A DNA stretch of 30,469 nt from Octopus sinensis (Eukaryota), in NCBI RefSeq assembly GCF_006345805.1, contig NW_021832527.1, forward strand, positions 1 through 30,469. Reading direction: 5' to 3'. This document shows, in pieces, positions 1 through 9,070 of this stretch. The notes under the pieces are model-generated. The model ran no database searches and was not told where the DNA came from. It saw only the letters and a list, made by a program, of their open reading frames with translations. Numbering within the stretch: position 1 is the first letter of the stretch; the number at the start of each line of letters is the position of its first letter. The translations under genes and the position numbers were made by a program.

Positions 1-169
1 CATACTGAAAACGAACTGATGTTTAAGATCGAGGAGCAAAGGAATAGACGAGTGAGTCGGTAGTACCTGCTTGGTGGGGTCAAGAGCTCAGCCAACTCCT
101 ACAAGAATCTGTAGCATGACAGTGACAGTGGCAAAACAGAGAAGAGATATCCTGCCTGCGAGATAGCTG

Positions 170-1290
170 TTAGAGTATGTCTATTAGGGATAGAGTAAAA
201 TTTAGCCACGTCACCCTTCTTTCGATGCAATCCCGGATGTGTATCACCCTTCCAGGTAGAAAGATTTCTTCATTGTGTGTTTCACTTGAGCATTGTAAAT
301 GGTCTGAAGTTTTGGCTGCAAAGAGAAGGATTGGACTTTAAAATACCGTACTAGCTATGCAAAGATCTATCTACTTTCGCCAAGAAAGATCTTCACTGCT
401 AATAATGCTCAGCGAAGTGTAAGTTTTCAAGTAACGTTGTGAGAGACACTTGTCTAATCTTCAGCCCATTACAAATGACCGTGTTTCAACACCGTGTCCA
501 CGGCTATGCTGTATCCTTTCTCTGTCTCTAATGGCCTATTTCAATGGTAGTCTTAAACCACATCTCTGTTCAAAACCACCACCTAGTAATTTTAAGTGCC
601 TTTAGTGAAGTCCATATTGTCTTAAACATTCTTCAGTTGAAGAATACCATCTTTTCTCCTTCCCTCTAGACTTGGTCATCCTGTGAATCGGTTTCAAGCC
701 TGCTTTACTCCTATTCGAAAGAAAATATGAATCTGTCCTTATTCAACACGTATGAAAATATATATCCCCGTTCTTGGTGTATAAACAATTTGAACTTTAT
801 TCAAGACAATAATTGGAAATATCGTCAGCGAAGGAAAGAACTGGAGACGAACTGGGAGTCTTTTGACACACAGAATCCGAAAAGGACATCAATTTAATAC
901 GATCACATCAGAATTGTAAGATACTGGATCCAGAGAATGTCTTTGTTTTGTTTTCGAATAAACCAGCTTATGAAGAACGTACTAATATACATAGAAATTG
1001 CATTGTCTTCAAAGCTAGGATTTTTTGAACTTCTACTGAAAAGCTAGCAAATATCTCTAAATTTCTACAGACAGTTTACATTATTGTTCATGCCTATTTT
1101 TTCATGAATTTGTGTTTGAATGGTTTTCTTCAGTGCTGATCCTCAATATCCCAGCATCGTATTTAGTTACAATCTGCCTTGATAAGACATGGATGTTGGA
1201 TGATTTTCTCCGGCTGAACTAAAGTCTGTTCATTCACATTAAAATACCCTGGGACTAATGCTCGCTGCGGCCATTATTTCATTACCCGAT
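170..1290 (-). pseudogene. Highly degenerate DNA transposase relic, possibly Chapaev/CMC-like (C-terminal part)
   Basis: Manual minus-strand translation across frameshifts gives NEQTLVQPEKII.HP..IK..IVTKY (about 1170-1250), VKIFLGE (about 370-400) and VAKFYSIPNRHT (about 175-210). These loosely resemble the EPLV..EKI.LPPLHIKLG, VKNFLGN and MADYCW.L.RD blocks I associate with Chapaev3-like transposases. Many stops; boundaries approximate. Confidence 0.35.
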
Positions 1291-2189
1291 GTTTACACCA
1301 GACCTTTAATAAAATAATCGATAAACCATAATAGACATTCGTACTACATTTCCCAATATATTTCCCTGAAATATGAGGAAAATAGTGAAAATTGAGGGGT
1401 TTGGATATTTTGAAATCTAGACGTAATCCTAAAAAATGGATTCCACATTTGAATACAGCAAAATTATTTAATTGAGAGGTACTCTTCTATAGCTTGTTGT
1501 TGTATATGAGTATACTGTACGCGATAGAATGGGGAACAGCCTCTAAATATAGGGTTAGGGTTTGGGTTTGGGTATGGTTAATATGGATAAAACATTGCAC
1601 TGGACCAAACACGGATTGCACTTTGGCAAGGCATAACACCCATACTTCATTCAATTTACGCATAGAGTTGAAGCCATAGGAAACAATATGACAGGCGTAG
1701 TCTTAGTTTGAACCTCATTCATTCACCAACGGTAACATAGACATGATGCTTGACAGAGGAACCTCTGTCATGTCAGTGGACAGAACCGCCATGTTTCCAA
1801 ACAGTATTACTACTGACGTCTTCGGACCTATCAAACGTAGGTGTTATTAAGCTACCGAATTGCGTAAATGACTTATACTAAAATCAGTTCTTCATCTCGC
1901 ATCGATTATCGTTTGGATAACCAAGAGGCACATTAAACTGTGGAACCTCTCACGGTGCAGCTTTCGAAAAATAATCTACAGACCTAAGCTGAAATCTCAT
2001 CTGAAAGGGAGTGTCTCCAGGACCCCTGTTACAGTCCCCTTCAACTCCTTCATCTTGAGGAACAAATAAAAATCACAGGGCGGGACATTTACATAATTTA
2101 TTCATAGAGGTTTTTTTCTAGGTTTCGTGTGTCTTTACTGTCCATTAGTAGGATCATCAAGGATCTGTGAACTGGATCTGTGGATCAGA

Positions 2190-4893
2190 GAGAGAGAATT
2201 TATTTGAATATATATGTCTTGCAAACAACTTGCACATGCTCGTGCTACCAGTTGAAAGCTCCGTATACCGGAAGCTAGCAAGTGTATGGGTACATGGGTC
2301 ATCAGGAGAGAATGCGCGCCGTTTCGGGGCCTACCTCTCGACGGCATCAATGCGCACCGGCCCCCCTCACTGATATGAGGCCCCGCTTGCTAGATCAGCT
2401 GGTTATGAAGTTAAACTCAATATACTTCTAGCCATCGCTCATCGTCTCTTGTTAACCTAATCCAGTGGCTAGCCTTCTCCACTGTAGATTGGATATCAGT
2501 CATGGTGGTATTGACTTTACGATGAGTTAGGCCTAGCGATAACAACAGTCGTCTCACGCTGTATCCAACAAACCCTCTACATCCGACTTCGATAGGAAAA
2601 TGTTCCGCTTTCCAGCCTGCGTCTTCACATTCCTCGAGGAGGTTTTCATAACGGCTCAATTTTCGAGCCCGAGCGGCGTTCATATTATCTTCATGAGGAA
2701 CCGTTAGCTCGACTATATTTACAACTTTCTTTCTTTAACACCACATCAAAATATCTGGGTTTTTTTCGAAACTGGGATGGGAAAGAAATCCTGGCACCCA
2801 GGTAAATCTGCAGTTACCTCCCAATAGCCGTTCCACTTTTCATTTTTCTCAGGAAGTTCCTTGACCTTCTTCTTGAAACGGATCCGCTGACCTGGTCGCA
2901 CGAAGGTAATGAAATCTCTTGATGGTACTTTCAACGGTTTTTCCTCAGTGTTGTTGAGATGAATTTTGTTCTTTATAGCATTGAAGATAACCTTAAGGAC
3001 CAAGTTGTGCCTCCATGTATACCTGTTCATTGCTAATGAACAGTTGGAAAGAATATGTTTTAGTGTACCGACCTTTCCACATTTGCAGATGTCATTCTCT
3101 AAGACGTTCCATCTTACTAGATTCGTAGGTGATGGCAAAACATCATAAGATGAACGAATCAGGAAACTCAGCCGAGATGTTGTCCACTTTCACATCTCAT
3201 CCCAACTTATCTTCCTCTCAACAACATGTTCTTCCCATCTCGTCATCTGACCTTGATGAACACATCGGATCAAATGAAGATCTCTTCTCTCTGCTTCTCT
3301 TGTTTTGACGCTGTTGCTAACAACAGATCTGCGTTCACTCCGCATCATGCTTGCAAACGGTCTGAATTGATCTGCGCCAAAACCAAGTCCTTTCCGATGA
3401 TTCTGCGTTGCTCCCACCATATCTCTGTGTATAAAGAAAGACAAAATGTCGTCAGTTTCTGCTCTGCTTTCCACTTCCTGGCTGTGTTCATCTCTGGTGG
3501 GTTACGCCTGATTTCCATATCCTTCGATTCTCTCAGCATCATGACCGTCCGTATCTTCCCCAGCTTATATATTTCGACTATTGATGCAACAACCTCTTTT
3601 ATGATAAAGAGCTGAGTTGTTCAACATACGAGGTAGGCCTAGCCACTTTCTAATGAACACATTACATTTTTGTTCAATGCTTTCAACTCGTGACAATGCT
3701 ACTTCGTATATTAAAAGTGGCCACGCAAGTCGCGGGTACAAGCCGAACTGCAAGCACCAAATTTTATATTTACCTGGTAACTTCGAATTATCAATCGCTG
3801 ATAACCCAGCCTCGGCCTGTTTCATAATTTCAATCCCATGACTTCTGTCTGACAAGGTTCCAGCGTATACTCGTCCCAAGCTCTTGACGGGCTCTTCCTT
3901 GACTGTTGGAATGCTTTCTTCAGATATCCGGAACTTAAATTCTTTCTGCACTCCCTTAACAAATGTCAGACTACGCGACTTTTTTGCTCTAAATCGCATC
4001 CTTGACCACCTTACAAGTTCGTCTAATCTCAAGAGGGCATTCTGCATGATTTGTTTATCTGTAGCTAGAAGTGACACGTCATCCATGAAGGCTTTCTTAG
4101 GCGATTGTACATGGGCGATTTGTTCCGGAAAATCTACACCTTTCAAAATCAACTCCATGACCAAGATAAACAATGTGACAGATATTGTACAGCCAGCAGC
4201 AATGCCAACCTCTAAACTGTCATAGTACCTCCTCTTATTTTGATCACTTTGTCAGGAATATGGAAGTGGTCCATGGCTGTTATTAGTAATTCGTGTGGCA
4301 CTGAACCATACGCGTTAGCTAGGTCGAGCTTACCACGTTCAGACTTTTCTTGTTCTGTTTGGCGTCCTGGATCGCTTTCCAAATCGAAAAAAGTGTTCAA
4401 CGCATCCAGGGATCCCGGTATTCCGGCCTATTGTAGAGATTCATCAACATATCCGTTACTCTGTAAATATGCCACTGTTCTCCTCGACGGAATTCCCATA
4501 AAAATCTTGCCTTCCACATTCAATAAGGATATCGGCCTAAACTGTTTTATGGTCTTTGCATTGGCCTCTTTCGCCAGGTATATTACACAAACCCCTGCCT
4601 TACACCAATCCTCTACTATAGTCTCCTCGCGCTACAGTTTTCGGAGTAGGACGAAGAGCTTCTTTCGCAGACGATTGCAGTATTTGTAGGCTTTATATGA
4701 GACGCCATCACCTCCTGGGGCACTCTCTGCTCTAGCTTTTCTTACAAAGTCATTCACCTCTCTCCCTGATGTCCCCAATCTGGAATTCGATATCAGGTCC
4801 TGAGAGATGATTTAGCCCATGTAGAGGTGGCAGCGGCTGGTTACGGTGCGGATCGTTGTAGGTTTCCTTGATATGAGCATCCAATTCTTCTTT
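2190..4893 (-). mobile_element. 5'-truncated, frameshifted non-LTR retrotransposon with restriction-like endonuclease, Hero-type (R2/NeSL/Hero group)
   Basis: RT motifs: SAPGGDGVSY (about 4690-4720), DLANAYGSVPH (4290-4325), GCTISVTLFILVMELI, AFMDDVSLL, MRFRAKKSRSL, RKWLGLP. CCHC knuckle CKCGKVGTLKHILSNC followed by RYTWRHN (2746-3138 ORF). RLE end KLSRYENL...PIEVGCRGF (2417-2683 ORF). The 3' UTR runs to about 2190; the 5' end abuts a TA/CA microsatellite at 4893. Confidence 0.88.
2275..2393 (-). ncRNA. Putative hammerhead ribozyme, non-circularly permuted, in the Hero 3' UTR
   Basis: All on the minus strand. GCCG-UC (2345-2340) pairs with GAAA-CGGC (2325-2318) as stem III. GAGAG (2339-2335) pairs with CUCUC (2310-2306), directly before CUGAUGA (2305-2299), as stem I. 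GGGGCCU (2384-2378) pairs with AGGCCCC (2332-2326), directly before GAAA, as stem II. An 8-bp outer stem CUAGCAAG/CUUGCUAG (2393-2386 and 2282-2275) closes the structure. Confidence 0.6.
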
Positions 4894-5095
4894 ATATATA
4901 CATGTACTTACACACACACACCCTAACATATACATATATAAATGTTTATAACAAATAACATTTTAATGAGTATATCTTCAATTAATAAGTATATATGTAG
5001 AGAGAGAGAGAGTGAGAGAGAAAGCGAAAGAGAGAAAGAAAGAAAGATAGAATGAAAGAAAGAAAGAGTGAGAGAGAGACAGAGAGAATTAAGAA
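4894..5095. repeat. Compound microsatellite (TA/CA, then GA/GAAA)
   Basis: Direct reading of the repeats. Confidence 0.9.
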
Positions 5096-5424
5096 TTTGA
5101 ATATACAAACTCAATCCCATTATTATCATAATTAGACTGTATATCTACGTTGCCAAAAAATAAACTGTTACATCGGTTGGGACCTAAAGGACATTCAGCG
5201 TAAACCTACCATCTGAAGGATCCAGCCTTGCCATTCGCTATCTGCTTGATATTATATCCCTTCTCTTACTATACATTATATATTATAGCAGCGGTATACC
5301 AACAAAAGAATGAATGGGACCTCAGTATTATGTAAATAGAGGAATTTATCTGTGACATGTGAAACCCCATACGTCAAACCTGTAATACATACATATGTAT
5401 GTATTACATAGGAATACATACGGA

Positions 5425-5435
5425 ATATATATATA

Positions 5436-5483
<48 letters not shown>

Positions 5484-5873
5484 ATATGGAAGCACTCCGT
5501 CGGTTACGACGATGAGGGTTCCGGTTGATCCGACGAACGGAACAGCCTGCTCGTGAAATTAACGTGTAAGTGGCTGAGCACTCCACAGACACGTGTACCC
5601 TTAACGTAGTTCTCGGGGATATTCAGCGTGACACAGAGAGTGACTAGGCCGGCCCTTTGAAATACAGGTACAACAGAAACAGGAAGAAAGAGTGAGAGAA
5701 TGGTGTGGTGAAAGAGTACAGCAGGGATTACCACCATCCCTGCCGGAGCCTCATGAAGCTTTAGGTGTTTTCGCTCAACAGACACTCACAACGCCCGGTC
5801 TGGGAATCGAAACCGCGATCCTACGACCGCGAGTCCGCTGCCCTAACCACTGGGCCATTGCGCCTCCAAATAT

Positions 5874-5907
<34 letters not shown>

Positions 5908-5910
5908 AGA
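5425..5910. repeat. (TA)n tract split by a SINE (TA at 5425-5487 and 5869-5910)
   Basis: TA runs on both sides of the SINE. Confidence 0.9.
5488..5868 (-). mobile_element. Full-length tRNA-derived SINE (octopus-type)
   Basis: Minus-strand head TGGAGGCGCAATGGCCCAGTGGTTAGGGCAGCGGACTC...GGTTTCGATTCCC carries Pol III A box (TGGCCCAGTGG) and B box (GGTTTCGATTCC). About 380 bp, inserted in (TA)n. Confidence 0.88.
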
Positions 5911-5914
5911 AAAT

Positions 5915-7460
5915 AGTAAAGTGTGAAAAAACGACAGAAGGCTTAAATGTTAAAAAATATATATATTTGTGTCAAAATGTCTGGAGAATATTGGACAAAT
6001 TTTTTTTCCTTTCCTTAAAATGTCATAATTTTAAAATTTTTTAAAGAAATTACCGGTTTCGCGTGTAGCTTTTAAAATTTCTTGTGACGTTATGTTTATA
6101 TTGCATGGAGTTATCGTTGTTTTTATTTCCAGAGATTTCTAAATAAGGGGAGGTAGTGAGTGATTTCTTCCGGTGTAAGGGAGATAATCGCTTAAAATTT
6201 TGTTTTCCCTTTCCCTTGTTAATTTCTCTGTGTCAGTATGTTCGGGTGGTTGAGTCTGGGTTTGTACTTTTCAATGAAGAATGTTTCCTTGTTCAGTCTC
6301 ATTTGTGTTGATGATCCGAAAGCACATTGGTAAAATGGGAAGATTAAAAATTGTGGCAGTAGTTGCTTTGCGCATTTCTCAATGTGCTCACTAAAAGGTA
6401 TCATTCTATATTCTGGGAATGCAATCTGTTGTCGATGCAGTGTGCATCTACGCCTGAGTGATAGTCCCGTGGAACCCACGTAGTCTTGGTGGCAGCCCGG
6501 GCATTTAATAACATAAATTATGTTTTCAGAGGCACAAGTAAAGTTAGATTTGATCTTAAATTTCTGTCCCTCTTTAAAGAAGAATTCTGATCCTTCCAAT
6601 AGTTTAGGACATGTTGCACAGTTCGATCTACCACATTTTTTTACTTTTGCATCCGTAATTTTAGAAGACAATTTTGCCTTTGTGAGAATCTTTTTAAGTG
6701 ATTTAGGCTGTTTGTAGCTTTTAATGATTTGGTGTATGTTTAGAATTTCCTTTAATTTTGGGTTTTTATGAAGTATTGGTAAATTCTGGGTGATGATGGT
6801 GAAGGCTTCTTTGTTTCTGGGGTTGTATGTAGATATGTAAGGTAGTATTTTCGGGGAAGGTGTGTTGTTGTGTTGAACTTTTCTTTAAGTTTCTATGTTG
6901 ATTTCTGTTGCACGTCTGATCCCATCCTCTATGAGTTGAGCTGGGTAATGTCTGTCAATTAGGGTGTTTTTGAGTTCTTGCAGTCTAAAGTTCCTGGTAT
7001 TTTGTTCTGACACTATTGTGCATATCCTTCTTGCAAGGTTGAAGGGGATGTTTGTTTTAGTGTGTCTTGGGTGGCATGAATTAAAAAGAAGGTATTGTTT
7101 GGCGTCTGTGGTTTTGTAAAAAATGTCTGTTTCTATTTTAAGGTTAATTTTTTTAATTAGTATATCCAAGAACGGGAGCTCCTTTTGGTTGTATTCCATT
7201 GTGAACTGTATATTTGGGTTTATGCTGTTCAATAGGTTTTTAAATTTTAGGAGTTTATCTATGTTTTCATTCCAGAGAATGAAACAATCGTCTAGGAATC
7301 GTTTCCAATTCTCTTTTATGTATTGAGAGAGGGAGTTTCCAAAGATTGATAGAGATTCCTGGTAAATGATTATTTCCATGTATCCCATTGTTAAGTTCGC
7401 AATGACTGGTGCTGCCCTTGTACCCATAGCAATTCCGGATTTTTGACGGAATAGATAAAC
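5915..7460 (-). mobile_element. Penelope-like element, 3' portion (RT C-terminal half plus GIY-YIG endonuclease and 3' UTR)
   Basis: GIAMGTRAAPVIANL, WKRFLDDCF (about 7285-7305), QFTME...LPFLDILI, YLLFNSCHP, Cys-rich linker CGRSNCATC, GIY-YIG NIIYVIKCPGCHQDYVGSTG (about 6466-6525). ORFs 6885-7427 and 6219-6671 share one frame, separated only by a TAA at 6885-6887. Confidence 0.92.
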
Positions 7461-7466
7461 TCCTAA

Positions 7467-8320
7467 AATTTAAAAACCTATACCCACAGGGGTTTTATTT
7501 TTGGCCGTAAATTTCATATTTTTCATCCGATTTTAATGAAATATGAAGTGTAGATAAATGTGCATACAGACATTTTTAACGATTTTGTAGAAATTTTACA
7601 CGTGATTACAGTTCATGTCCATTAGTTGATACCAGATGAAGAGTTGACAAAAAATCGATAACTGCGTTTTAAAAAATCAATAGGCTTATTGTATGCAATC
7701 ACCCATAGGATTAGTATTTTAGGCTGTAACTTTTACACAATTCATCCGATTTTGATGAACTTCGACTTTTAGGTAAAGTTTAAGGCCTGAGTCATGTAAT
7801 AGCATTAAAATTAAAATGATGAAAGGCAGAAATCGTCAAAATCATTCACAATGAAATAACGAACTGATTTTGAAGAAAATTGTCCAGTGTGTAAAATTAT
7901 AATATATAAAACGTCGGTTATTTATATAACGTATTGAGATTAAAATGTCAATGGAATATTTTCATGTAAATGGTCACATGGATTCTATTTTATGACATAA
8001 CCTTACCACTTTTCTTTAGATTTTACTCAGATTGAACACACTGCTTAATTTTGTAACAACAATGACATTCAGGGGGGGGGAGAAATAAACAGACATCACT
8101 CTCAATGTGTCGAAGTACACCCAAACGTTTCACTGCTATTTCAGACGGTCCAGTATGGAGGAGTATGTCGAAAGCGTTAAGCGGGTAAAATGCCTGCCGA
8201 ATCAGATATAACATCTTAATTGGTAACAGTTGGTAGAGAGAATGTAGAAGATTTCGATACAAGATCAGAGGTGGGCTTAACTTCTACACGGAAAACACGA
8301 GTAAAGCCGGGTCCAACATC
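7467..8320. mobile_element. Possible non-autonomous DNA element or elements (MITE or Helentron-like) truncating the Penelope RT
   Basis: Abrupt switch to non-coding sequence at about 7462. A dyad motif TTCATCCGATTTT(A/G)ATGAA occurs twice (7522-7540, 7741-7759). The tract ends GTAAAGCCGGGTCCAACATCGTG before (TA)n. No termini were confirmed. Confidence 0.3.
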
Positions 8321-8365
8321 GTGTATATATGTATATATATATGGAGGCACATGAGCATATATATA

Positions 8366-8580
8366 TGGAGGCAGAAGTTCTAGTGGTTAGAGCAGCAGAC
8401 TCGCGCTCGAGGGATCGCGGTTTCGAATCTCAGATTATGCGATGTTTGTTTATGAGCGGAACTCCTCAGCTCCACCACATTCTCTCACTCTTTCCTCCTA
8501 CTTCTAGCAGCTCACCGGCAGAGGTCCAGTGCCCCGTCCCTTATGAGCCAGGCATGGCTCGAGAATGAACAAACAACAAT
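8366..8580 (+). mobile_element. Diverged tRNA-derived SINE; head related to the 5488-5868 copy, body different
   Basis: TGGAGGCAGAAGTTCTAGTGGTTAGAGCAGCAGACTCGCG...GGTTTCGAATCTC with A/B-box-like motifs; ends in an AAC-rich tail. Confidence 0.7.
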
Positions 8581-8584
8581 ATAT

Positions 8585-8960
8585 ATACTATTTATTTATT
8601 TAATGGACACAGTACCTGACTTTAAGTTCAGTTTCATATGTTGAGGGATATCTCAAACATATGCACCCGGCACAAACAACATATCATTACGAACTAAAGA
8701 AAAATGAATAAGAGAAGAAACTTTAGAAAACTGAGAATATAGCATATAGAAAATGTAGAAAGTTAAAACAAAAGAAAATGAAAACACAAAAATGTAAAAA
8801 TTAAAATGTAGAAAAGGTGAAAGTGTAATCCTCCTTAGGTCTTAAATTAAAGGGCTGGAAAGATTACAAAATGTTAATAAAGAATAGGTAGCGAACTTAG
8901 TAGCTTTGCTTGTGTCCTTATGTCGGAAGGAGGCTACGTGATTGGGATACCGATTTTTAA
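8585..8960 (-). mobile_element. Possible LINE 3' end fragment (CR1/L2-like)
   Basis: Minus-strand relic resembling LPSDIR..S...F, a hairpin CATATGTTTGAG...CTCAACATATG near the end, and an AATAAATAAA tail at about 8587-8600. Confidence 0.3.
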
Positions 8961-8974
8961 GTTTATTCTTTTTA

Positions 8975-9070
8975 TCTAAGTATGTATGTATATATAAGTA
9001 TGTTTGTATGTATGTTTGTATGTATGTATGTTTCTCTCTGTCTCTCTCGCTCTATCTATCTATCTATCTA
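8975..9070. repeat. Compound microsatellite (TATG, TC, TCTA)
   Basis: Direct reading. Confidence 0.9.

Noticed and set aside
1552-1572. Telomere-like GGGTTAGGGTTTGGGTTTGGG
   Set aside because: Only one exact TTAGGG unit; such short tracts are common inside DNA-element relics.
1751-1770. Near-perfect palindrome TGACAGAGG-AA-CCTCTGTCA
   Set aside because: Isolated 9-bp arms with no associated element or terminator context; plausible by chance or local repair.
2121-2190. Possible exon FVCLYCPLVGSSRICELDLW after TTTTTTCTAG
   Set aside because: No donor and no recognisable domain; runs into the Hero tail.
3226-4689. Plus-strand ORFs over the Hero element, and antisense ORFs over Tx1, Penelope and ORF1
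   Set aside because: Antisense shadows of transposon coding sequence.
5790-5868. tRNA gene
   Set aside because: A and B boxes are present, but the sequence runs into a SINE body and tail, so it is a SINE head.
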